A DNA stretch of 64,000 bases from Octopus sinensis (Eukaryota): positions 60,512,001-60,576,000 of the forward strand of contig NC_042999.1 in the NCBI RefSeq assembly GCF_006345805.1, read 5' to 3'. Made by a program: the position numbers and the translations under genes. Below are positions 24,899 to 36,510 of this stretch, piece after piece. Position 1 is the first letter of the stretch. Every line of letters starts with the position of its first letter. The notes under the pieces were generated by a model. The model did no database searches. It had not been told where the DNA came from and saw only the letters and a list, made by a program, of their open reading frames with translations.

Positions 24899-25053
24899 AG
24901 ATGCGGTGAAAGAGTACACCAGTGGTTCGCCACCACCCCCTGCCGAAACATCGTGGAGCTTCAGGTGTTTTCGCTTAATAAATACACACAACGCCCGGTC
25001 TGGGAATCGAAACCGCGAGTCCGCAGCACTAACCACTGGGCCATTGCGCCTCC
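24657..25053 (-). mobile_element. SINE family S3, full length with internal (GA)n expansion
   Basis: Matches 22308-22672; (GA)n run at ~24853-24895. Confidence 0.9.
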
Positions 25054-25479
25054 GTACACACACTCACAAACATATGTAGATGCGCACACTTACAAAACAC
25101 GCACAGACGGCAGTGAGTTGGGAGGAGTGAAAGAGAGAGAGAGAGATTGAGAAAGAGTGTGAGAGAGAATATAGACATAAGAGATATCCACTCACCTGTG
25201 CAATAAAAGTACAGCTTAAAATAAGACTGCTGAAAGCAGGATGATGTACGTAAATACTTGAACAATTATCGCAAGGCATTTCTCTGACGGGTCTAACAAT
25301 TCTAACAACGCGTCGTTTTAATAATAATAATAACAAAAACTACAATAAAAAGAAGGGTAAATCCATCAACAATACTAATAATAGATTTGTACTCGTGTAA
25401 CTATTTTTTAATGATCAATCTAGTGTGGCCTATTTATACAGTGGGTCTCTTTGTTCTAAGTGTCAAGAATAATAATAAT

Positions 25480-25679
25480 TCTTTTATTCTTTTATTTGTT
25501 TCGGTCATTTCACTGCGGCCATACTGGAGCACCGCCTTTAGTCGAGCAAATCGACTCCAGGACTTATTCTTTGTATTGGTCACCCTTGCCGAACCGCTAA
25601 GTTACGGGGACGTAAACACACCAGCATCAGTTGTCAAGCGATGTTGGGTGGGGGGGACAAACACAGACACCTAAACATA

Positions 25680-25763
<84 letters not shown>

Positions 25764-26078
25764 ATATGTATGTATATATATATATATGTATATACATATA
25801 TATATATATATATATATACATATATATGTATATATATATATAAATGTATATATGTATATATATATATATAAATGTATATATATATATAAATATATATATA
25901 TAATATATATATATACGACCGGCTTCTTTCAGTTTCCATCTACCAAATCCACTCATAAGCCTTTGGTCGGCCCGAGGCTAGAGTAGAAAACACTTGCCCA
26001 AAGTGCCAAGCAGTGGGATTAAAACCGGAACCATGTGGTGAGTAAGCAAGCTACCTACCACACAGCCACTCTTGCGCC
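25480..26078 (-). mobile_element. SINE family S1, full length with expanded internal TA repeat
   Basis: Reverse complement of the S1 head at 26040-26078 and S1 tail at 25480-25545. Confidence 0.9.
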
Positions 26079-26089
26079 AAATGTGTGAC

Positions 26090-26149
26090 GCTTACAGCAC
26101 CTAAGTTTCCCAAACAGTCACCAAGCGGTCACCCATCTAAGTACTAACT
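26090..26149 (-). pseudogene. 5S rRNA 3'-half fragment (pseudogene or remnant of a 5S-derived SINE head)
   Basis: Minus strand GTTAGTACTTAGATGGGTGACCGCTTGG[TGACTGTTTGG]GAAACTTAGGTGCTGTAAGC matches the conserved metazoan 5S segment GTTAGTACTTGGATGGGTGACCGCCTGGGAATACCGGGTGCTGTAAGC, with an 11-bp duplication. Confidence 0.75.
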
Positions 26150-26161
26150 ATTATTACTATA

Positions 26162-26525
26162 GGAAGCACTCCGTCGGTTACGACGACGAGGGTTCCGGTT
26201 GATCCGAATCAATTAACGTGTAAGTGGCTGAGCACTCCACAGACACGTGTACCCTTAACGTAGTTCTCGGGGATATTCAGCGTGACACAGAGAGTGACAA
26301 GGCCGGCCCTTTGAAATACAAGGTACAACAGAAACAGGAAGTAAGAGTGAGAGAAAGTTGTGGTGAAAGAGTACAGCAGGGATTACCACCATCCACTGCC
26401 GGAGCCTCGTGGAGCTTTAGGTGTTTTCGCTCAATAAACACTCACAACGCCCGGTCTGGGAATCGAAACCGCGATCCTACGACCGCGAGTCCGCTGCTCT
26501 AACCACTGGGCCATTGCGCCTCCAC
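26162..26525 (-). mobile_element. SINE family S3, full length
   Basis: Complete match to the other S3 copies. Confidence 0.92.
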
Positions 26526-26869
26526 TTCTGTTTTCTATATATAGAAATTTGATCTAACAAAAATGTTCACAGAAATTGTTGGGAAGAATACGAAGAACGA
26601 AAAACTCTTCCTCCAGTTATTAAATATGTTTTGGTTATGTAAATACGACAGAGCCTGCATAGAGTCATGCATGGTTTCATGCATGGTTTAAAATCTCGAT
26701 AAAATAAGTATAGGAAAGACTGTAGAATAATTTATTTATCTCGGCACCCGAGACTTTTTAAGGTCGTTTATCCAGTCCCGTTGCTGTATAAACGTATAGG
26801 TGGTCGAGATTACGACGTATCATTGAACGGACGACAGCCCGTTACATGCATTAAGGTCAGAAATCCTTT

Positions 26870-26980
26870 GACGGGAGGAAGCAAATCGATTACACTCATT
26901 CCAGTACTTGACTGATGCGTTTATTTTATCGATCTGGCAGACATGAAATGCAAAGGTTGATCTTGGAAGGATTCGAACTG
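26870..26980 (-). mobile_element. Old S2-like SINE fragment
   Basis: CCAGTACTTGACTG...TTTTATCGATC...ATGAAATGCAAAGGTTGATCTTGGAAGGATTCGAAC, a diverged reverse complement of the S2 body. Confidence 0.55.
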
Positions 26981-26987
26981 CTACTAT

Positions 26988-27051
<64 letters not shown>

Positions 27052-27090
27052 GCTACTACTACTACTACTAATAATAATAATAATAATAAT
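26981..27090. repeat. (CTA)n(ATA)n microsatellite
   Basis: Direct reading. Confidence 0.95.
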
Positions 27091-27660
27091 ATTAAATGCC
27101 TTGAATGCAGTACCAGGCAGTGGCTCTCATGGCTTCTGATCTTGACTTATTGGAAGTGTTATCATGTACATTGTTTTGTCTTGGTATAAAAGATCGGCTA
27201 CAGCAAATATTCTGCTCAATACCACATATTCGCTTTTTAGTTGTTTGACCTTAACCAGTTGATCATGTCCCTTATTGTCTGATAATATGTGCACCTCTGA
27301 TCACAAGCAGAAGTAGTTGGGGAGGATCGTAGCCATGTGTTAAGAGGGATTCTTTGGGGTTTGAATAATTCACCTTTGGAAACATGGGGGTTTTGTTCAT
27401 CATCCTTAAATAACCCTTATTGAAGGAACTTTTGAGCGCGATGGGCTATTCGACCAGAAGAAAAATCTAACTGACCCCCACCTGAAAGGTCATGAGCTGT
27501 TTATCATCTTTATCTTCATATGAGATCCCTATGTCGCACACATATGATTGTGATGCATGGGCCTGGTGCATTCATACGGGTAGTCCTAATGTGTATACTG
27601 GGCTTCGTAAATTTTACTCCAGTGTCACTTTGATGGCATGCTCTGCTGTCTCACTCAATG

Positions 27661-27702
<42 letters not shown>

Positions 27703-27899
27703 TTAGTGATAGTGGTAATGGTTGTGGTGGTGGTGGTGGTAGTGGCGGTGGCGGCGGAGCCCAATGTAAGGAAACATTGGTTGTGACAGTTAGGAACGAC
27801 GGAGAATTGAGAGCGGAGAAAAATGGAGACAAAAGAAGTACAAAAAGAATATGAAGAAGAATTATGCAAGAATGGACTACACACCAAGTTCCATGTTAC

Positions 27900-29900
27900 A
27901 GAATGTATTTAGATGTGTATAGCGGTTCGTATCCCTAAAGTTGAAACCAGTTTAGTTTCTCAATTTTTTCTCCCTCTTCGACTAATACCTTTAGCCAAAA
28001 CATTAAACATAACTGAACTCGGAAATATGGTTTTTGGAGACATTCAGGCAACCAACTATTGTCTGCCATTGAAAGCGGCAGACGATAAGCAAGTTGAAAC
28101 GCCATTACGGAAAAAACACGGATTTATGAATAGAAACAAGACGTTCTGATGAAGATGTGAGGTGTATACTTGCAAAAGACAAACGATAGAAATATAGAAC
28201 AGAGGAGCACAAGAGAAAAAAAGCCATAGCAAAGATTTCGTACAGAAACAAATAAAGTAATCGACACGAGGGTAGATAAGTCTTCCAGATAATTGTTTTT
28301 AAAAAGTCAACAAAAATACTCACATACGAGGACGAAATATCAACAAAAATACAACATACGAGGACAAAGTAAAACGTAGGTCATGAAATGATTACTACAG
28401 ACAATACTCGTATGATTCAACATCAGCCTCAAATTATAGGTTACATAAAGAAATCATTAGAGAAATGAAGACATTACTTTGAAAATTACTTCAGTGAAAA
28501 TAATATAAGTCTAAATTTGACTTCTAAATGCATGAGAAACATTTTGAAAAGATATTTGTGAAATGAAGCTAAGCTAAACATAAGAAAAGAGGAAAAAAAG
28601 CTAGTTAGAATACTTTAAATGTTTCAGAAAGGCCCGCAAAATATTATAATACCTGTTTTAAGTAGCTTCGTCACTGAAAACATCATCGCATTGAACATAG
28701 ATTATCATTAAAAATATAGTGTACTGTCACACAATATCTATCTTTAATAACCCACTCGCCAAAACAAATCCAGAAGAAGGACCGAGATGACATCAGCCTG
28801 ATTGGGGAATAATGAGCAAGCTCTCAAAAAAGAAAAAAATCTGTCGGAGGTGGAATTAACTACTGCCAAATTACATGTTTGACTTACAATTCTTTGTCAG
28901 TACTACCAAATTAATAACTAAACATTTACAAAACCAAAACTGAGATGTGCAAGTTATGTTGTTCACAACAAGATGGGGAAGTTGACCACCTCAACTGACT
29001 AGCTCAATTTTAATAAAAAGCTAGTGATTGATACAAAAAGATGTTAAAGGATATACCTTTTCAAAGTAATGGAAGTACATCAATTTGATAGCATTATTCC
29101 GAACTCCAGTAGAACAACAGTGAAGATGTGGCTAATAATTCTTACGGTCGTCAATGCCTCAATTACTATAAAATCAAGCAGGGATAAATGTCTGCTCGGA
29201 TACTGCAAGGAGACAATACTTCCAGTCTTCTTTCTTTAGATGCTTACGCTTTAAACACCTAAGAAACAAAACAAATGCGTGATACTATATATAAATAAAT
29301 GCGCCCTTTTAAAACCTAGCCAGGCTCATGGGCCCGGTTTCCTGGTTTCTATGTCGTATGTGTTTCCCAGATGGATGGGACGCCAGTCCATCGCAGCGTT
29401 ACTCATTTTCGCCAGCTGAGTAGACTGGAGCAACGTGAAATGAAGTGATTTGCTCAAGAACACAACACGTCGCTCTGTCCAGGAATCGAAACCACAATCT
29501 TACGACCATGATGCTGACACCCTAACCATTAAGCCACACGCCTCCACGCTACTATATATATATAGAAAAGTGGAAATAGATAATCCGCAATCTCGTCCTC
29601 ATGGGTGACCTGAAAATATAAGCCGAAAATATCATCCAGCTGGAGAATTTTCATTTATAAGCGAAACGAGGTATTGTTAAATTTAACAATTTCATGAAGC
29701 TCTTCTTCGAAGTAGAGAAATGCTCGGGGTACTATAAAAGCGATTAAGTGCGAAGTCAAAGAGAGGATTTCAAACCCCCGAGAGGGCTAAAAGTGCAGAA
29801 CAATTCGGCTCTATACAAATACCTGGGAATAAACAATCATAAAACAGTGTGCGTGGAGTCTACCAACGAGAATTTAAAACATAATGGTAATTAAGAAATA
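27900..29900 (+). mobile_element. Possible heavily decayed LINE ORF2 (L1/Tx1-like), interrupted by a SINE
   Basis: A-rich coding-like strand bias, with remnants reading like PKKDRDD..ISLIG (~28770-28810) and YKYLGI (~29813-29830). No continuous ORF. Confidence 0.3.
29301..29547 (-). mobile_element. SINE family S4 (tRNA head, CORE-like body, CTGCGATGGACTGGCGTCCC tail)
   Basis: Minus strand GTGGAGGCGTGTGGCTTAATGGTTAGGG head, GGTTTCGATTCC B box, TTGTGTTCTTGAGCAAATCACTT CORE-like segment. Confidence 0.85.
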
Positions 29901-30287
29901 CGTATCTCGTGCACTCATAAATGAGAGAACTGCTGTGATACACAATATCTGTACATTAACAGATTAGATATAAGAATGTTATGGAAGATAACAATACCAG
30001 GATAAGTAAATATTATTATGGCGTTCCTACGCACAACTTGTCAACGTTTAGTATGCTAGCTTTCATCTTGAACATTTGTTAATAATGAAAGTTTTCGTTA
30101 ACATTGGATATAATATATGCCTTAGGCGTGAATACAATCAAGCATGTTTTCCGAGATGTTTTGCTTGATGTATGTAAATTGTTATTATAAGAAAAAGAGC
30201 CCTTGATATATTTCACGTATAACGAATAATGAAGCTAATGATAATAACGTCACGCATGCCCCGGCTCCTCCTCCTACTCGCCATCTA

Positions 30288-30342
<55 letters not shown>

Positions 30343-30379
30343 ATATTAATAATATTAATAATAATAAAAATAATAATAA

Positions 30380-30420
<41 letters not shown>
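30288..30420. repeat. (CTA)n(TAA)n microsatellite
   Basis: Direct reading. Confidence 0.95.
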
Positions 30421-30421
<1 letters not shown>

Positions 30422-30424
30422 GCA

Positions 30425-31331
30425 TGTAGCTATTAGTCCCTGAACTAATAGCCACAGAAACAAATGCCAACATCAACAGGCTAAATGATATAACACATGC
30501 AGCACCCAGTGTGGCCACAAGAGAAGCTGGGTACTCCCTCAGACCCATCCAAACATGAGTACCACCACCCAAACAAACCCTGTGGATAAATAATATCCAG
30601 AAAAAAAATAGAAAACAAGAGAAAAGATCTGTCAATCCTTAACGAAACTAGTAGACAATCGACACTACTAAGCAACAAGAAGAGAAAAAATACTGTGCAA
30701 ATACATTACAGAAAAAGGTTTACCTGTAGTAAAAGAACAGCTAAAGCAAGATATCTATGCCAAAGCACAAGGAATCTACTTGTATGAGAAACACCAGCAA
30801 AACAAACAGTTCAACTCCAATTCCAAAGGATTGTACCAAGAACTTGGCAAAAATATTATAGACATCGATGCAGCACCAACAGCAGAAGTGGAAGAATTTT
30901 CGGAAGAAATATGGTCGGCGAAGAACACCCTCACAAAAGGTCTACCAAAGCAACGAACTCAGTACCTGAACATCTCTAGACCCCTATAATAACTGAATAG
31001 GTCACCCAGACACTGCAAAAACTAAGCAACTGGAAGGCACCCGGGCACAATAAAATCCCCAACATCTGGTTAAAATACCTAAGAGGAACACATAAAAAGC
31101 TGGCTGAGAAATTTAATAACATACTAGCAGAGCCAGAGACAATGCATGAATGGCTCACGAAAGGGAAAACTATCCTAATTCCCAAATCCACAGAAACGGC
31201 AAACCCACAAAATTACAGACCAATAACTTGTCTCCCTAAAATTTACAAAGCCTATACTGCAATAATATCGCAGAGAATGAGCAAGCATCTGGAACAAAGC
31301 AACCTGTTTCCAGAAGAGTAGAAGGGATGCA
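30425..31331 (+). mobile_element. Older internal fragment of the R4/Dong element, directly downstream of (TAA)n
   Basis: Collinear with the reverse complement of ~10270-9345 (e.g. CAAACCCTGTGGATAAATAA, GCAACTGGAAGGCACC, TACAGACCAATAACTTGTCT). Roughly 75-80% identity by eye. Confidence 0.85.
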
Positions 31332-31698
31332 CAATTCCTTCCAGGATCTTCCAGATATATATTACTGCATACGTCTCCCGTCTTCTCTCCAGGGAGTAGA
31401 ATCTTAGCTGTTTCAACCATTCCCAGTAGCTGAGCTGTTGCAAAGAGACGATCTTGTTTTGTGAATCTTCTCTGGATTGCTTGAAGGTCCGCTGTTAATT
31501 TCACACTAGTGGGTGACCATATCTGTGAGCAGTAATCAAGGCGGCTGAGGAAGAATGTCCACCAGAGGACCATCATGGTTTACTTATCTCTGGTTCTGAG
31601 TGTTATAATGACCCATCCAGCCAGTCGCCTGCACTTAGTCGCCATCCTGGTAATGTACACTTGGAAAAAGGTATCATCACTCATGTTGATACCCAGGT
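31332..31698 (-). mobile_element. CR1-type LINE fragment (RT C-terminal region)
   Basis: Reads TMMVLWWTFFLSRLDYCSQIWSP...YSLERRRETYAVIYIWKILEGIV, homologous to 35540-35785. Confidence 0.88.
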
Positions 31699-31819
31699 GT
31701 GTGTGTGTGTGGCCACAGGACATCATGAAACATGTACAAGAAAGGACGAAGCACGAGTTTGTTGAAACAAAACAAACATAAAGAATGACCCGTCATCAGT
31801 TGTTGGCTATTTCTCTAGT

Positions 31820-32118
31820 CTCGTGTACATATACCAGCATCCAAAACTGAATAGAAACTTACACGGCACACCGGTCCACAGGGAATTTCAATCCCAGAGC
31901 GTAAATCAGTGGGAGACCTGGGTATCAACATGAGTGATGATACTTTTTTCCAAGTGTACATTACCAGGATGGCGACTAAGTGCAGACGACTGGCTGGATG
32001 GGTCATTATAACACTCAGAACCAGAGATAAGTAAACCATGATGGTCCTCTGGTGGACATTCTTCCTCAGCCGCCTTGATTACTGCTCACAGGTATGGTCA
32101 CCCACTAGTGTGAAATTA
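31820..32118 (+). mobile_element. CR1-type LINE fragment, inverted relative to 31332-31698
   Basis: Homologous to ~35330-35625. 31916-32118 is a near-perfect inverted copy of 31496-31698. Confidence 0.85.
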
Positions 32119-32512
32119 TATATATATATATATATTGGGGTTGGGGAATTGACCAGCAAGGAGAATTGACCTCCTTCCCAAGAGCATGGGTAAATGCTTG
32201 TACGCCTATGCATTTTATGAAACAGAAATAGCCTGCTATAAGGATGAAAGTTCCAATATCATCCATTTTTATACACACACATACATGTACACAAATATAA
32301 ACACTATATATGTATATGGCCATACTTATATATACTTATATATACATATATTTATTTCAATGTTAATATTTGTATTTATATAGGTACAAATACACAGCTA
32401 CACACACACACACACACACATACATATATATATATACATATATATACATATATATACATATATATACATATGTCTGTATATATAAACATACACACACACA
32501 TATATATATATA

Positions 32513-32550
<38 letters not shown>

Positions 32551-33172
32551 CATACATTCATATATATGCTGTAAATGTACAAGAAACAAGAAACAAGAGA
32601 CAGTGATAGTTGAGAGATAAAAAAACAGGCATTAGTTTGAGACTCAGGAAAAAATGGAAAAGATTTTGACGTTTCTTGGCTGCACGTATCGATAGAAAAG
32701 AACGAGGAAAAATAAAACAGAAAGTTAAGAAAGAAACCGTGTCTCGATTAGCAGTTTCACATGTCGAATTAACTGTAATTGGTTTGAGTGAAAGGAGATA
32801 TAACAGTGATCTGGCTAATGTATGGGCTCGAGCGGTTGTGTAATGTATAAAGATAATGCGTTTGAGTGCTGACGTGTGTAAGGTTTAGCACGTGTGCATG
32901 TATGTCTGTTCAAGCATGACGTTATGGGAGCTTGTGTATGGATGTGTACGTGTACGTATGGGAGCATGCGTGTATATGTATTCTGAGGAAAGAACCACGT
33001 GCGCTCTGTAGGAGGATGTGCGCGAGTGTCCGCCATGTATTTCTGTGTGTTTGTTTGGACGTGTATACATCTGGGAGGGTGACGTAAGTACCTACCTATC
33101 TGCCCATATAGATACATATATATATACACACACACATACATGCACACACACACACACACATATATATATTAC

Positions 33173-33274
<102 letters not shown>

Positions 33275-33388
33275 GAGTATAGAAATTCGGGGTGAGTACT
33301 TGATAATTATAAGCACCTGTGTATACCGTTTGGTGGTGTAGGTGGTGGAGTAAATTGATCAAAATAAAAACATGATGCCAAGGATTCA

Positions 33389-33466
33389 GCGGTACATATG
33401 TTTCGGGCCTTTATTAGACAGATTTATAACAATGCATAATGTATGTCTGTGGCCTTCTTCAGCCGC
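33389..33466 (-). ncRNA. Type-I hammerhead ribozyme motif (PLE-associated)
   Basis: Minus strand GCGG-CTGAAGA-A-GGCC-ACAGA[23 nt]TCTGT-CTAATAAA-GGCC-C-GAAAC-ATAT-GT-A-CCGC. Helix I GCGG/CCGC, palindromic helix III ACATATGT, cleavage triplet GUA. Confidence 0.7.
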
Positions 33467-34107
33467 GCACAACAGCTTCCACAAGGACATGTGTTACATC
33501 AAAAATTCTTGGTTGGGGATGCAAATCCTCTCATTCGCGTACGACATAATGCGGCAACAGCATAGAATTGAAGCGTCCATCTCTTTCTTCTCTCAATGTA
33601 GAATGAGGAAATTTGGATGTTGAAGTAATGTAAATAAATAAATACATATATAGACGTGAAGATGGAGGGGCGAGAATTCAGGACGAGGGATAAAAAATGT
33701 ATAAAAGTGGTAAGTATAGAAAAATATAAAAATGTAGAGTATAAAGATATAAAGGGATATAAGGAGATGTAAAGGGGATATAAAGAATATAAAGAAATAT
33801 AAAGAAATATAAATGAATGTAAAGGCATAAGATTATAAAGTAAAAATAGAAATAGAAATAAAAGTAAAAAGTAAAAAAATAAAAATAGGAATAAACATGA
33901 TAAAAATGTAAAAAGATATAAAGATAAGGGATGTATAGAGGTTACGGACCAAACATGGTGGTCAGGAGATTGATAAAATTTAGTTGTAGAAGTTTTGGGT
34001 GTCAATAAATCAACAGGGTCGTCTGGGGACCTAGTGTGTTGTAAATCAGAGCTGTTGAGCGTTTAATCTAGTTCTTTGAATTAATTGGTCATCTTGTACA
34101 TACATAC

Positions 34108-36193
34108 AATTTCAAATCGCCTAAACAAACAAATTGAAAGCAGTGAAAAGTCCCGCCTGAAAATAAAACTGTTGGAAATTGAAAATTGTATGCAACTCTC
34201 CCATGAGAAGGAAAGAGCAGACAAAGAAGCCTGGGCTATAGACAACATAAAAACTAACCCCAGAGCTTTCTACAGGTATGCCAAAGAAACAGCTACGGTG
34301 CACTGTAGGATAGGGCCACTCCTTGAAAAGGATGGCACACACAGGAAAACCAATGAGGGTAAGTGAAATACTGAATGAACAATTCAAGAGTGTTTTCACT
34401 CCACCCCTTGGGCATTTCCAAATCAGCAATCCAACTGACTTCTTTACCACTGCAGATATAGAATCAGAGGCGGCGACGATAAATTACATCGATATAAAGG
34501 AAGACGATGTAATAAAGGCTATAGATGAAATGAAAATAGACTCAGCTATTGGCCCCGATGGATTCCCGGCAATCCTCCTAAAAGTATGTAAGAGAGTCTT
34601 AGCAAGATCACTGCAGTTCCTCTTTCAGAGCTTCCTTGCAGCTGGCAAACTTCCAAGAAAACTGAAGGAAGCTAAAATATGCCCTACTCATAAAGGGGGT
34701 AGCAGAGCGGAGGCCAAGAACTACAGACCTATCTCTCTGACCTCACACATCAGCAAGGTCATGGAACGAATAGTCAGAAGGAAACTAATCACCTTCCTTG
34801 AAGAAAATGACTTGCTGCCTGACACCCAACATGGTTTCCGACCAGAAAGAAGCTGCTTAACTCAGCTCCTGCAGCACTATGACTGGGTGCTGAAACAACT
34901 GCTCAACCACTCAAATGTGGAAGTCATATATCTCGACTTCGCAAAGGCCTTCGATAAAGTCGATCATGGAATGATATGTCACAAACTGCGTGATCTTGGC
35001 ATAGGTGGAAAACTAGGAGAATGGCTTCACGACTTTCTGAAGAATAGAAGTCAGGTGGTAGTAGCCAATGGGGCCACTTCCATTAGCACGCAAATAGTGA
35101 GCGGTGTTCCACAGGGCACTGTTTTGGGACCACTACTGTTCATAATGGCCCTCTCAGACATGCCCTCAGCCACGCGGAGAGCCACGATCACAAGTTATGC
35201 AGATGATACAAAAGTTTCACAGGCAATACAGAACCCTGAAGACACTAAGCACCTGCAATATGAGCTGGACAAAATATACAAGTGGGCTGAAAAGAATAGC
35301 ATGCAGTTCAATGCTGAAAAGTTTCAAGCTTTATACTATCAGCATGCAAAACTGAATGCAATACCCAAGGAATACACTGGACCCGGAGGGATTGCAATCC
35401 CAGAGGCACAATCAGTGCGTGACCTGGGTATTCACATGAGTGATGACGCGACCTTTCATGTACATGTTGCTAAACTGACAATGAAATGCAGACGGCTGGC
35501 TGGATGGATTCTTAGAACCTTTAGAACAAGAGAACAAGAAACCATGATGGTCCTCTGGAAGACACTTATCCTAAGCCACTTTGACTATTGCTCTCAGCTA
35601 TGGTCACCATCCAGTGTCAAGTTGATCACAGAACTTGAGGCGATTCAACGAAGCTACACGAAGAAGATAGCCTCTATGCAGAATGTAAGCTACTGGGAAA
35701 GACTCAAGAGATTAAAATTATATTCCCTGGAGCGTAGACGGGAAAGATATGCCATAATATACATCTGGAAGATCCTGGAGGGAAGTGTCCTGAACTTTGG
35801 CATCGAGAGTTACGCAAATGCCAGAACTGGGCGCCACTGCGTGGTGCCTAGGACTCCAAACTTGCCATCAAGATGTAGGACAAGATTCTGTGATAGCCTG
35901 GGCTTCCGAGGCCCACAGCTCTTCAATATCCTCCCGAAGAACTGAGAGACCTGCATGGGGTGGATACAGATGTCTTTAAAATGGAGCTGGATCTCTTCCT
36001 GTCAGGTGTCCCAGATGAACCAACTTCACGGCAGGAGGGGCAGATGAGGGCAGCTGCATCGAACTCTCTCATGCACCAAATAGCAGTTGCTAGAAAGCCT
36101 CCATGAAGTGAAACCAAGTAGCAACACCAAATGGCGGTGCCCCAGCATGGCCACAGCTCATAAGCTGAAACTAGAATCAATCAATCAATCAAT
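34108..36193 (+). mobile_element. 5'-truncated CR1-clade LINE (RT, 3' UTR, (AATC)n tail) with TSD CATAC
   Basis: ORF 34323-35945: GPDG, YRPISLTSH, YLDFAKAFDKVDH, GVPQGTVLGPLLF, YADD. No endonuclease domain. CATAC is duplicated at 34103-34107 and 36194-36198, and the empty site is visible in the right arm (~40243-40256). Confidence 0.92.
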
Positions 36194-36510
36194 CATACCA
36201 TCATGGATACATACACCCATATACACGCGCACATATACGCGCGCGTACACGGCTCCAAGCCTATAAGCATACACACGCACTCACGTGTAAACATGTACAT
36301 AAACACACATACACCCCCACGCACGCGCGTATATATACATACATACAACAGAATGTCCGCATATATACACGGACATTATACGTGTACACACCCATACATA
36401 CACACGTGCGTCCATCCTTACATACACATACACATATGCCCACGCTTCGAGGTTTAGATATAAGATATTAAAGGATGTATATAAGAACGTATGTAAAGAA
36501 TCACGCACTC

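Noticed and set aside
36475-36510. ATG at 36475 as the true start of the PLE ORF
   Set aside because: It lies inside the inverted arm, which ends at 36510. The in-frame fusion is a by-product of the junction.
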